From the sequence record OV032902.1: a stretch of DNA of 64,000 bases. One strand, given 5' to 3'. Shown piece by piece: positions 39,009 through 49,225 of this stretch. The notes beneath the pieces are model-generated. The model saw nothing but the letters and a program-made list of their open reading frames with translations. It was not told where the DNA came from and made no database searches. Both the position numbers and the translations under genes were made by a program. Each line of letters begins with the position of its first letter. The first letter of the stretch is position 1.

Positions 39009-41548
39009 TGGCGATTAACCAGCTCGTTCAAACAGCCGTACGAAATGCTGCTGTCGATTTGATGTGGGCAAACACACGAGAGGACCGTCATGCGGTCCTT
39101 AAGTTAACTCGACTATCACCAGTGCGTGGTACAAGAGATGCGTTGAAGTTGGATTACATCTTCATCCCTAAGCCTGTGGCTAACAAACAGTTCATCTATT
39201 ATGCATTGGGTGTTACTTGGCCAAAACGTCTTGGTATCGAACACAGCAGCTTTAAATCATGGACGCGAGTAAGCGACCTAGTCCAGGGTGAAGACCTATT
39301 GGCTTTCCCTTATATCGATCACAAGGTATTCCCGAACTCTAAGGTTTGGATGCGCCGTACTGAAGAAGGTAATACTTTCTTTGCAGTAGAGATCGATAAC
39401 CTCAAGACAAAGTTTGATTTCAGCAAAGACTTTGTTATGCGTTTCTATTCTAATGCCTGGCTAATGACTGAGGAAGGACAGAAGCGTGAGAGACTAGAGC
39501 AGTTGACTGGTATTGTCGGTGACGACTTAACTGGTCCACAGTTCATGACTAAGCTGAATGAATTAAAGAACAAAACAAACGGTGATGTAATCGTCTTTAA
39601 GAATGGTTACTACACTACCGAACCTAATATCCCAGTCATCACGACAGGCGATTGCCTGGCTGTTTATTATGACAGTACGATTCGTGAAATCTGGGACATG
39701 CCTTTGACGGGTGCTCACTATTACTTCTCTGAACGTGACCCAGGTGTCCGTAAGATGCTAGTGCCTATCCCTGAAGAGCTACGTCGAGGCATACAATGGA
39801 ATGACGACATCGAATTCTTTGTTAGTGAAACTCAGACTGGAGACACTCCGTTTGAACTTGGCGTCTATATGCCTAAGCACGAACAACAACAGATTCGTAA
39901 CGTAACGACGAACGACTACGCTATTGAAGAGGACTATCTACAGGACTCTATCAACGCACATCCTTTCGTGGATGACTTTGCTAATACAAAGATTCGTTTG
40001 ATCATGCGTGAAGCTGATCGTCCAGAATTCCTATTTAAAGATGGCCTTAACTTACATGACTTCTTTATTATCCCTCATGATAGACGCTTGCGTGTACTTA
40101 AGGGACTAGAGGACGACAAGGCCCAGTGGACAGCTGCTGCGTTAGAGAACTCTAACTTTATGAAGTTTGCGTTTACTGCTGACCCGTGGAACTATCCACT
40201 CAAGAAGATCTTTAACTTTTATGGTAACCAATACTACTCTAACCAGCCATGGAAAATCTATCGCGGTATTTTCCGTATCCCGCCATCAATGCGCGAAGGT
40301 GGATTGATTCTTGAATTCAATGCGGCTGGTGAACTAATCAATATCGTTGATTGGGTAGAGTGGCACATTCAGTTACGTTATTATCCAGATGTCGCAGTTG
40401 ATAAGATTCGATGTGTACCGGGCAAGAAGATTACTTCTGGTCGTGACCTTGACTTGTTCTCTGACTACATCGATGACGAAGTAACGGACTGGTATGAAGA
40501 GCGTTACTATAAATCACCAAACAACAATACTTGGTCACTTGCTAACATCAATGAAGATTTTACACTAGTAGATGACAAGGTTCAGTGGAAATCAGCATAC
40601 TTGAATTACGAGCGTCGTAAGCGTATTGCTAACCACTATGTTCGACTTGAGAAGACTATCGACTCAGAAGAACTAGGCATGCCTATCGATATCTTTGAAG
40701 ACTATTCTACAACCTACACGGGTTTGGACTTTGGTCACTATTATATCTTCCTTAATAACCGTCTATTGGTTTATGGGGTGGATTACGAGATTCGATTCCC
40801 TCAGATCTACATCAATGCTTTGGAGTACGCTAACAAAGGCCCAGGTAACGAGCTGATTATTATTGCTCACGGTTGCCCTAACTTTAACGCTGACCCAGAA
40901 GTAGGTTTTGTGGAATTAGGCAAGCTAACAACTAAGCAAGGTTTCCGTCCATTGCTTCACCGTAATCGCGACTTCGTTATTGATGGTCGCCTACAGGACG
41001 AGAATACCGTAGTCTTTGACTCAGGATACAAACTAGCACATAACTTTAACGAAACCCTATCTGGTGTTCGTGAGGGTGCTCTGTTTGGCATCGATGATCA
41101 CACTAACCATTTAGGTCTAGCAGATATCGAAGCAATTACTGAGACTCAACAAGAAGCTCTAAATACTGACGAGTATGCACGAGTGACACTTGATGAGTTC
41201 TATCCTGTGCCAGACTATAGCCAACGTCTACCTATCGTTATCCCAGTTAAGCACACAGTCGTCAGTATTGTTTTGCGTAAACTGATCGATGACATCAAGT
41301 CCGGTCGTCTAGTTATCCCTGAAGCGGGATTATCTGACCTGGCTGTTTCGGTAGCAATGGCACCATACCGTCAATTACTAGAAAGCGACATCTCATTGAA
41401 AGACCTAGAACATACATATATCGAAGTGGCAGCACATGGTGCGAAAGACCGATACGATATCACTGTAGCAGAACATCAGTTCTTGCACCTGGTTAATGAG
41501 AACTTCTTGAAAGGTCGCTGTGTTCTTCCACAATACTTTGACATTTAA
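39008..41548 (+). CDS. Virion structural protein (phiKZ gp27-like position)
   Basis: 846 aa, coupled, between sheath and terminase. Confidence 0.6.
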   Translation: MAINQLVQTAVRNAAVDLMWANTREDRHAVLKLTRLSPVRGTRDALKLDYIFIPKPVANKQFIYYALGVTWPKRLGIEHSSFKSWTRVSDLVQGEDLLAFPYIDHKVFPNSKVWMRRTEEGNTFFAVEIDNLKTKFDFSKDFVMRFYSNAWLMTEEGQKRERLEQLTGIVGDDLTGPQFMTKLNELKNKTNGDVIVFKNGYYTTEPNIPVITTGDCLAVYYDSTIREIWDMPLTGAHYYFSERDPGVRKMLVPIPEELRRGIQWNDDIEFFVSETQTGDTPFELGVYMPKHEQQQIRNVTTNDYAIEEDYLQDSINAHPFVDDFANTKIRLIMREADRPEFLFKDGLNLHDFFIIPHDRRLRVLKGLEDDKAQWTAAALENSNFMKFAFTADPWNYPLKKIFNFYGNQYYSNQPWKIYRGIFRIPPSMREGGLILEFNAAGELINIVDWVEWHIQLRYYPDVAVDKIRCVPGKKITSGRDLDLFSDYIDDEVTDWYEERYYKSPNNNTWSLANINEDFTLVDDKVQWKSAYLNYERRKRIANHYVRLEKTIDSEELGMPIDIFEDYSTTYTGLDFGHYYIFLNNRLLVYGVDYEIRFPQIYINALEYANKGPGNELIIIAHGCPNFNADPEVGFVELGKLTTKQGFRPLLHRNRDFVIDGRLQDENTVVFDSGYKLAHNFNETLSGVREGALFGIDDHTNHLGLADIEAITETQQEALNTDEYARVTLDEFYPVPDYSQRLPIVIPVKHTVVSIVLRKLIDDIKSGRLVIPEAGLSDLAVSVAMAPYRQLLESDISLKDLEHTYIEVAAHGAKDRYDITVAEHQFLHLVNENFLKGRCVLPQYFDI

Positions 41549-41559
41549 AGGAAAGCTAG

Positions 41560-43227
41560 ATGGCTCTTTTAAGACCAGAAGACCAACGGTTCCGATTTTG
41601 GGACATCAGCCAGATGTGGTTTGGTGGTCCTGAGACAGGTAAACAAGTTTGGCCTAGTGTAGGTGACATGGTTGTTGACTTAGAAGTCGGTCTTTATACC
41701 GTACTTGAAGTTGACACTGAAGGTAAACCTAAACTAGAACTTCTTCTACGCTTCCAGCGTGACCCTAGTCTTGACCCGACTAACGATTCTATCTTGACGG
41801 CTTTGAGTGAGTATCAGCCATCGCTAGCTACTCCGGCTTTCTATGATACTTCTAAGAATCCGCGTGAGATTATCATCGACCCTTCGTATCCAATCATGAA
41901 TGAAGATGCGGACAAGATGATCTTCTTTAAAGGCACTGATGTAAGTCCGACTGGTATTGCTATCAGTCAAACTTTCTCTGGTGGCACAGTGGTAAACAAT
42001 GACGTAGCTTTGGATACCGTTTATCCGGGCAACTCTGTTGTCAAGCGTCCTCGTCGTTTTACTACTAACGTGGTTCTAGAAAACCAAGCTCTTATTACGG
42101 GTGTTGTTTACGATGCTGCTGGTATTCCTATCGGTAAGCGTTCATTTGTACTTCAGCACTCTGCTGCTATTCGTTCTGGCGCAACAACTGACGTGGCAGT
42201 AAGCTCAGTATCTCTTAAGTCTGACCTAGTTGACCCGATTGACCCAACGTTAATCAATAACGACTTGAACATTCCTTTTGTGTCGTCTTTGACTAAAGCT
42301 ATCTTGCATTACACTGACGGAACAACCAAGGAAATCAACATCGACGGCAACAAATGTCAGCTTCGTGGATTACAGGATATTAACTGGTCACAGCCAGTTA
42401 AACCGTATCAGTTTGCTCTGATGTATTTCCCAGATTCTACTGAACCTTACATAAATGCTGTAGGTGACAACAGCGCAAGGCTGGTTACCAATTACCGCCT
42501 CAAGAACACGTATCGTCCTAACGATTACGGTCTGAAGATTTACATCATCCCTGAGTGGATTGATGTGGACAACGGTTACAAACTACACTACCGCCTAACT
42601 AACGTTGAGCGTGACGTGGACCTAGATGTAACTGACAGCGTTATCGTTCGTAAGGTTGGCGGAGTAACATTCGAACCAACTAACTACGATGCGGAACAAA
42701 TTCTTGATGTGACATTGGAGCTGGATAAAGTTGCACCTGGCCTGTACCCGGACTTCATCTTTACCGAACGTGTTATCATGATGGTTAATATCCCTGGCAT
42801 CATGGATAAAGACCCGTGGTCAATTGACTACAACACTGACGGTAATAACAAGTTCGGTCTTAACATGCAAGCATCTATTGGTCCTGGTGTTGGTGAACCT
42901 GTACGTGGTAACATTCGTATTCACTTTGGTAATGGCCGTGGTTCGGTTACGAACTGGCTACATCAACTGTACAATACGATCGAACCTATTTACGACACAG
43001 GCTCTCTATTGGCACCTGTTACCCCAACCCACTTTAAGTTCCGTTACGAGGGCATTGATTCGCCTATCTATAGTGTTGCAGAATGGAATGATGAACTTCC
43101 TCTATTGGGAGGTATCGCTGCGTATGAACCGAACAAGACGGCAACGATTGTTTGGCTGTTCCAGGAAGGAGCTGGCTATGGTGTCCTAGGACACAGTCCG
43201 TTAATGACTGTAGCAGACTTAGCATAA
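41560..43227 (+). CDS. Virion structural protein (phiKZ gp26-like position)
   Basis: 555 aa with AAGGA RBS. Confidence 0.6.
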   Translation: MALLRPEDQRFRFWDISQMWFGGPETGKQVWPSVGDMVVDLEVGLYTVLEVDTEGKPKLELLLRFQRDPSLDPTNDSILTALSEYQPSLATPAFYDTSKNPREIIIDPSYPIMNEDADKMIFFKGTDVSPTGIAISQTFSGGTVVNNDVALDTVYPGNSVVKRPRRFTTNVVLENQALITGVVYDAAGIPIGKRSFVLQHSAAIRSGATTDVAVSSVSLKSDLVDPIDPTLINNDLNIPFVSSLTKAILHYTDGTTKEINIDGNKCQLRGLQDINWSQPVKPYQFALMYFPDSTEPYINAVGDNSARLVTNYRLKNTYRPNDYGLKIYIIPEWIDVDNGYKLHYRLTNVERDVDLDVTDSVIVRKVGGVTFEPTNYDAEQILDVTLELDKVAPGLYPDFIFTERVIMMVNIPGIMDKDPWSIDYNTDGNNKFGLNMQASIGPGVGEPVRGNIRIHFGNGRGSVTNWLHQLYNTIEPIYDTGSLLAPVTPTHFKFRYEGIDSPIYSVAEWNDELPLLGGIAAYEPNKTATIVWLFQEGAGYGVLGHSPLMTVADLA

Positions 43228-43233
43228 TAATAA

Positions 43234-43255
43234 CCTCCTGCCTACGGGCAGGAGG
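43234..43255 (+). repeat. 22 bp hairpin CCTCCTGCC-T(A/T)CG-GGCAGGAGG, also at 55312, 55545 and 56171
   Basis: Four copies identical except one loop base. Confidence 0.85.
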
Positions 43256-43273
43256 ATTATCCTGGAGAACAAC

Positions 43274-45439
43274 ATGATTCTTTATTTATCAGATTGGAAG
43301 AAGTATCCAACTGCGATCGTGGATTACGAGACCAAGAATACTTCATTCATTGATCTGGCAGAGACTTATCGAAAGATGGGCATCGTGAACTGTATGTTTC
43401 CTCTGGCACTTATTCAGCCAGAACTACAAGGCGTCGACCCTTTCTCTCCTGATCTTACGCTTCATCAAAAAGTAATGATTGCCAACGAGGCTAAATATAA
43501 CCCGTGGTATTATCTTCGTGAAATTGCTCGTGTTCCTGTATCGGGCTCGCCAGAACCAACTATGTATCTAGCTAACCGTGCAAACGTAGCAATGATGTGG
43601 TGTTTCCTGAATGGTTTCGACTACGCTAACATCATGCCTCGTCAGTGCGGTAAGTCAGTAGGTGCGGACGTTTTGAACAACTGGTTGATTCACATCGCTG
43701 GTAACAACACAGTTATCCAGCTGTTTACTCACTCGAACAAACTACGTAATGCGAACGTTAAGCGTCTAAAAGAAATCCGTGACCTATTACCGGAATACCT
43801 TAACTTCTTTGTTCCTGGTGTTGACCCAGATAACCAAGAACGTATTGCGTGTAAAGCATTGGGTACTGAATACCTCACATCTGTAGCACAGAAAGATAAA
43901 GATGCTGCACATAACGCGGGCCGTGGATTGACGTCTCCGTGTATCCAGGTGGATGAGGGTCCATTCTGTCCTAACATTCATATCAGTCTTCCGGTAGCAC
44001 TTGGTTCAACCGGCGCAGCACGAGACTGGGCAAAAGAACGTGGCACATTCATGGGGAACATCTTTACTACAACCGCTGGTAAGCGAGATAGTGAAGAGGG
44101 TGGTTACATGTACGACCTAATCCATGATGGCATGTACTGGAATGAACGCATTCTGGATTGTCACGGCAAAGAAGCTGCTGAGGCCTTCGTAAGAACTAAC
44201 TCGAAGAACAAAGACCTATTGATGGTCAATGGTACTTTCTCGGCACTGCAAATCGGTAAGACACTTGCTTGGCTACGTGAGAAGATTGCAAACGCCCGTG
44301 GTTCTCGTGAAGATGCGGAACGAGATTATTTGAACATCTGGACATCTGGTACAGATAGTTCTCCTCTAGAAACTTATCTATTGGAAATCATCCGTCAGTC
44401 TGAGAAGGACCCACTGCATACCGAAGTATCTAAAGAAGGATACATGCTTAAGTGGTTTATTCCTCAAGATGAAATTCCACGCCGTATGAACTCTACTCGT
44501 TTAGTTATGACCATCGACTCGGCAAACATGATCGGTAAAGATGGTAACGCGATGACTATCATGGACTTAAAGACTATGGAAGTTGTTGCGACATCAAACA
44601 TTAACGAGGGTTCACTATATCGTTACAACGACTGGATATTCCGATTACTGGCTACCTATGACCGCATGACATTGATCATGGAAAACAAATCATCTGCACA
44701 AGGTATCTTTGATGCTGTTGCTGCTAAGATGATGGCTATGGGTATGAATCCATTCCGTCGTATGTTTAACCGCATTGTTAACGATCGTGCTTCTAATGAG
44801 AAAGCATATACTGAACTTCTTAACCGTGAGCGTCAAGGCATTATTACTGATGACTTCTATGAACGCTACAAGAAGAAGTTTGGTTTCATGACTACTGGTC
44901 TATCTCGTCATACTCTATACGGCGAAGTATTCCAACGTGCTGCTAAGACAACAGGTCACCTAATCTCTTCTGAGGAACTAAGTCGACAAATCCGTGGACT
45001 TGTTATGAAGAATGGTCGAGTAGACCACGAGAAAGGCAAGCATGACGATATGGTAATCTCTTGGCTAATGGGTCATTGGTTTGCTACGTCTGCTGTTAAC
45101 TTGGCATTCTACGGAATCGAACCTGGACTTGTTCAGTCACTTGTATCTGAGGCTGGTGCTACAGTATCGAAAGAAGAACTGGCACACCGCAAAGAACAAG
45201 AAGCTATCATGCAGCAAATCGCGTTCCTTAAAGATCAACTGGCTGAGACTGGTAATGATCTAATGAAACGAGCTGCTGAACTTCGTATTGCTAAACTTGC
45301 CGCTAAACTAGATGACAGCGACCAAGATAAAGTAATGGAAGAACTACTTAACCGTACTCGTGAACAACAGGCAGAGAATCAATCTCTAGCAGATGCTGTT
45401 CGCAAACGTAAACAGCAGAAAGCTGTTGGTTGGTATTAA
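43274..45439 (+). CDS. terL: Terminase large subunit
   Basis: NPWYYLRE, Walker A MPRQCGKS, Walker B IQVDE, C-terminal GKHDDMVIS nuclease motif. Confidence 0.92.
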   Translation: MILYLSDWKKYPTAIVDYETKNTSFIDLAETYRKMGIVNCMFPLALIQPELQGVDPFSPDLTLHQKVMIANEAKYNPWYYLREIARVPVSGSPEPTMYLANRANVAMMWCFLNGFDYANIMPRQCGKSVGADVLNNWLIHIAGNNTVIQLFTHSNKLRNANVKRLKEIRDLLPEYLNFFVPGVDPDNQERIACKALGTEYLTSVAQKDKDAAHNAGRGLTSPCIQVDEGPFCPNIHISLPVALGSTGAARDWAKERGTFMGNIFTTTAGKRDSEEGGYMYDLIHDGMYWNERILDCHGKEAAEAFVRTNSKNKDLLMVNGTFSALQIGKTLAWLREKIANARGSREDAERDYLNIWTSGTDSSPLETYLLEIIRQSEKDPLHTEVSKEGYMLKWFIPQDEIPRRMNSTRLVMTIDSANMIGKDGNAMTIMDLKTMEVVATSNINEGSLYRYNDWIFRLLATYDRMTLIMENKSSAQGIFDAVAAKMMAMGMNPFRRMFNRIVNDRASNEKAYTELLNRERQGIITDDFYERYKKKFGFMTTGLSRHTLYGEVFQRAAKTTGHLISSEELSRQIRGLVMKNGRVDHEKGKHDDMVISWLMGHWFATSAVNLAFYGIEPGLVQSLVSEAGATVSKEELAHRKEQEAIMQQIAFLKDQLAETGNDLMKRAAELRIAKLAAKLDDSDQDKVMEELLNRTREQQAENQSLADAVRKRKQQKAVGWY

Positions 45440-45449
45440 AAAGATAAAG

Positions 45450-45475
45450 CTCTACTGGCCCGAAGGCCAGTAGAG
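45450..45475. terminator. Terminator between convergent genes
   Basis: CTCTACTGGCC-CGAA-GGCCAGTAGAG. Confidence 0.75.
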
Positions 45476-45479
45476 TTTC

Positions 45480-46697
45480 TTATCTGTATGCATTTAGTGT
45501 TAGCATTCGAATAGCAACATAAATCATAGCTGCGATACGACAGGCAGTCTTAATAGACTCACGAGCAGTAGGGATAGATTCCTCTACTAGTTCAGTATAG
45601 TGTTCTTTCAAGTCCAAAGCATCTTTCTTCTTAATGCGGTTTGCACGGAAGATATTGCGAAGACGAGAAATGATCTCAGGAGCATTATTTAGATCTAGAC
45701 GGCCTTGACGTGCTTCACTGATGACGAATACTACTACTTTGCGAATACTCTCTTGGATGTATTCTTGTGAACCCACGTTGTCCGTCATATATTCCAGTAC
45801 CTTGCGAAGATGTGTTTCTTCAGCGGTTGAAATAACATCAACTGTAATGTCAATGATTTCTGGACGGATAAAGTTACGAGGGTCACGGGCCATTACTAGC
45901 ATCTCTTTTACAAGGGCGCGTTCACGGTTAACATATTCAGCGAGAACTTTCTCACCTTCGATGTTAGTTAATGCAGAGTTAAGAACCAGACGATCAGAGT
46001 TGTTCTTGATGTCGTGGTACTTTTCAGTCAACAAGTTTATTTGGCCCGCTAAGCGGTCCTGAATGTCGTTAACCATATAGACGACCTGTTTATCGTCTTT
46101 CATGTCTTGCCATACTCTACGACGCGTGTGGATGCCTTCTTTTGGATCTAGCATCGTTAGAGAAATAGCTCGAATCATATTCAACCAGTTACCATGTCTT
46201 TTTAACAGGGACTTGTTATCTAGTGATTCATAAAGTTGCTGTGCGATGATTTCATCACTTGGAAACTTGAAACGGTGTGACAATAACGAACACATATGTT
46301 TTGCGATGTTCATTACTAGAGTCATAACCAAAGCTTCATCTTTAATGCGTTGATCAAGCTTAGCCTGATTAATGCGGTACAAAAGATAAACGAATGACAG
46401 GTTGACGATATCACTACTTACTCGGAAGTCTTTATTGATGTCTGGCAAGTTAACTAGTTCTTGCTGACACTCACGAATCTCTTCGATGTTCATTACGTCT
46501 TCTAGCCAGGCACGTGCATCGGCTGGAATGTATCGTACGGGACGAACACCTACTAAGTTACCACCGAAGTGGGCAGTGTGTACATCGTTCTTGTTAATGA
46601 AACCGTAGACATAGAATTGAAGCTTCGTAAGAAAGTTCTTATCGACGTTAAGTTTAGTGTATGCGTCAAACACGTCACGGACGGATTTATAAGCCAT
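45480..46697 (-). CDS. Conserved virion-associated protein (phiKZ-like)
   Basis: 405 aa with GAGGGAG RBS; FGGNLVGV motif. Confidence 0.55.
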   Translation of the reverse strand: MAYKSVRDVFDAYTKLNVDKNFLTKLQFYVYGFINKNDVHTAHFGGNLVGVRPVRYIPADARAWLEDVMNIEEIRECQQELVNLPDINKDFRVSSDIVNLSFVYLLYRINQAKLDQRIKDEALVMTLVMNIAKHMCSLLSHRFKFPSDEIIAQQLYESLDNKSLLKRHGNWLNMIRAISLTMLDPKEGIHTRRRVWQDMKDDKQVVYMVNDIQDRLAGQINLLTEKYHDIKNNSDRLVLNSALTNIEGEKVLAEYVNRERALVKEMLVMARDPRNFIRPEIIDITVDVISTAEETHLRKVLEYMTDNVGSQEYIQESIRKVVVFVISEARQGRLDLNNAPEIISRLRNIFRANRIKKKDALDLKEHYTELVEESIPTARESIKTACRIAAMIYVAIRMLTLNAYR

Positions 46698-46759
46698 GAT
46701 GTCTCCCTCGGTGGCTGTGTTTTTACTATACTATTTAACGATTGAATGATTCCCTATCT

Positions 46760-46768
46760 CTATATTAC
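46760..46768 (+). promoter_or_regulatory. Early promoter motif CTATATTAC
   Basis: See the copy at 11532. Confidence 0.7.
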
Positions 46769-46851
46769 CAATATGGATGTCCAGTGATAAACTCATATAT
46801 GCTTGCGAGTATATATCATGATTATCATTTTACTAAACTAAGGAAACTATC

Positions 46852-47559
46852 ATGAACTACGAACACTACGTGCATCAGCACATTATAGAAATGATTGAAA
46901 GCGGTAAAGCTAAAGGTCATACTCTAATTATTGACCCGGCACTTTATGGTGCTCTTAATCATACCATTCCAAACCACGACGGTGACATTATCTTTGTCGG
47001 CTTTGATAAGATATCACCACTAGAGATCATAGAACGCTCTGATACGCCCCTGAAGGTAACGGGAAGTATTTGGGCATATGAATGTGTGGTTGCAGAAATA
47101 CAAAACGATATGAGCTCTGTGGGCGGCTTAAGATTAATCCACTCGGACTTGATTCCTAAGTATCGTATGAACTACTTACCTTTTCCGATTTATATGGATG
47201 AGGAAAGCTTTGAGTTTTATCGTGATCAGCGTAAACGAGGAAACAAGAACTTTAACAACAATACAGTTATTCTACAAGACAATGAAAAAGTCTCAAAGGA
47301 ACTGGATGCGCTGTTAGAGCGTGCGTTAAAGATAGATGTTATCTCATACTTGATTTCAACGGAACCTACAATAACGTTAAAAGAAACAGAAGCGGGAATT
47401 CAGATAGAAGGAATTAACATTAATTTATCTGGTCCCCAAATCTATGACTTCACTGGCGTTTCAAATATTAAAGGTGACGTTGTCATGTATAACGATTTAG
47501 CACAAAAATTCGGCAACGTAAAAGTGGAGGGTCAGATAGCAGTCGTCAATAGGTATTAA
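46852..47559 (+). CDS. Hypothetical protein
   Basis: 235 aa with AAGGA RBS. Confidence 0.6.
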   Translation: MNYEHYVHQHIIEMIESGKAKGHTLIIDPALYGALNHTIPNHDGDIIFVGFDKISPLEIIERSDTPLKVTGSIWAYECVVAEIQNDMSSVGGLRLIHSDLIPKYRMNYLPFPIYMDEESFEFYRDQRKRGNKNFNNNTVILQDNEKVSKELDALLERALKIDVISYLISTEPTITLKETEAGIQIEGININLSGPQIYDFTGVSNIKGDVVMYNDLAQKFGNVKVEGQIAVVNRY

Positions 47560-47560
47560 G

Positions 47561-47878
47561 ATGATCTATACTGAGCTTAAAAAACACAAACTTGTAATAG
47601 TCGGTCAACACTTCTTTTGGAGAGGCGCTTTTCACCAACGCATAGGTGCGAACGTCTTCTCTAATGTTGATGAGATCGAAGCATTGTTTATCCAAAACGG
47701 ACAGATGCACGAAGATTACAATATTCTTCAAAACCACGAAGATCCAGTTGTGCGTAAGTTAGTAGCAATGAACTTGGAAAGCCTTCCTTATTTAGTTAAG
47801 GATTGTGATCCAGCTGTTGCTCTACTTGCGCGTGACTATCTTGCTTGCCGGCCTCGTGCTGGCGTTGTTGTACTCTAA
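47561..47878 (+). CDS. Hypothetical protein
   Basis: 105 aa, coupled. Confidence 0.55.
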   Translation: MIYTELKKHKLVIVGQHFFWRGAFHQRIGANVFSNVDEIEALFIQNGQMHEDYNILQNHEDPVVRKLVAMNLESLPYLVKDCDPAVALLARDYLACRPRAGVVVL

Positions 47879-48026
47879 CTTTTCTTTTTTGTTTGAAGGG
47901 AGGCTTCGGCCTTCCTTCTTATATTCTTTTCTTAAAGAACAAACGACAAATATTATGTGAGAAAAGCATTGAAGCGTATATGACACATCTGCGCTTTTTA
48001 AGATTACATCAAAAGGAGAACCCATT

Positions 48027-49061
48027 ATGTCTTGGGGAAATCAACGTCGTGGAGGCGGCGGTCGCCGTGGTGGTGGTAACTTTACACCTAAGCCTCGTCC
48101 ACAACTACCAAAAGAACACGAACTTCATCCACTAGCGGAAATCGCATGTAAGCACGAAAACAAAGCTCTGTTACGTGACTACGGTACACGCGGTGAAGAA
48201 GTATCTAAAGAAACTGTTATCTTGGATGGTGACTCTCAACGTCGTCCTATTCCTGTTCCAGTTGCTGCAATGTTCAACACAATGCAATTTGGCGTTCCAA
48301 TGAATCACCCTGAGTTTCCTTCTATCCAGAAGTTCAATACTCTAGGCGAATCAAACGCTTACTATGCTCGTTACCAATCTCCTATCATGTGGATTCATAA
48401 CGACGAAAACAATGACTTCCGTCATATCCCTGGTTTTACTCGTTACGTTGTCGATAAGCATCGTCGCATTCTAAATGCACACAACGGTATGAAAGTAGAG
48501 CCTATGTCTAAGTACATGATCGAACTTGTTCCAGATGGTCCGACTAACAAACTAGTTAAGACTTCTATTGATCAAGTAATGAACTTGGCATACACTGCAC
48601 TACCTGAAGACTTTATTGACTTCGGTTTCCGTACTTACTCACACGACTTCGGTTTGAATCTAGAAGGCGGTCAAGTAGGTTGGGTAGCTAAAGGTAAAGT
48701 AAAAGTTAAGAACAATGACGTTGGCATGGTTGCTGAATACAGTAACTTACCTATGTTCATGAAAACTTCTATTGCACCTAAGGACTTCCAAATCATGCAA
48801 GATATCAACCAACAAGCTTGGAAAGGCTTTAATGGTGGTGTTATCAATGCTGGTCCTTATTCTATCCGTGAATCACTTCCATTTGTTCAACCACCTGAGT
48901 TACCTCGCGTCGGCCAAACAGAAAGTGCACCACAACAAGATTCTTTTGATACAGCTCCACAAGAGCAACCTCAACAGCAATCACAACCACAGCAACAACA
49001 GCAGCAACAAGCGGCTCCTCAACAAACTGAAGACATTAGCTTCGACGATATTGAGTTTTAA
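48027..49061 (+). CDS. Putative nucleic-acid-binding protein: RG-rich N-terminus, NUMOD4-like segment, Q-rich linker, SSB-like acidic tail
   Basis: MSWGNQRRGGGGRRGGG; FRHIPGFTRYVVDKHRRI; QQQQQQQAAPQQTEDISFDDIEF. AAGGAG RBS. Confidence 0.6.
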   Translation: MSWGNQRRGGGGRRGGGNFTPKPRPQLPKEHELHPLAEIACKHENKALLRDYGTRGEEVSKETVILDGDSQRRPIPVPVAAMFNTMQFGVPMNHPEFPSIQKFNTLGESNAYYARYQSPIMWIHNDENNDFRHIPGFTRYVVDKHRRILNAHNGMKVEPMSKYMIELVPDGPTNKLVKTSIDQVMNLAYTALPEDFIDFGFRTYSHDFGLNLEGGQVGWVAKGKVKVKNNDVGMVAEYSNLPMFMKTSIAPKDFQIMQDINQQAWKGFNGGVINAGPYSIRESLPFVQPPELPRVGQTESAPQQDSFDTAPQEQPQQQSQPQQQQQQQAAPQQTEDISFDDIEF

Positions 49062-49225
49062 TATAATACCTGTCTCCTTCGGGAGGCAGGTAGTTCTTCT
49101 TATTTTTTTTTTTTGCCAAAAAAAAAAAGCTTCCCGACCCGAAGGCCAGGAAGAAAGATTTTAACCACTGGGAGAACAACAATAGTTTCCTATTGCCTCA
49201 TGTTCAACGACTAATAAAAGTCATA

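Noticed and set aside
21800-45439. Inteins or introns in RNAP, terminase or protease genes
   Set aside because: Sizes are as expected, frames are uninterrupted, and no LAGLIDADG/HNH or intein splice motifs were seen.
48027-49061. PhuZ tubulin or HNH homing endonuclease (size and position, NUMOD4-like segment)
   Set aside because: No tubulin GGGTGSG-type loop and no HNH catalytic motif.
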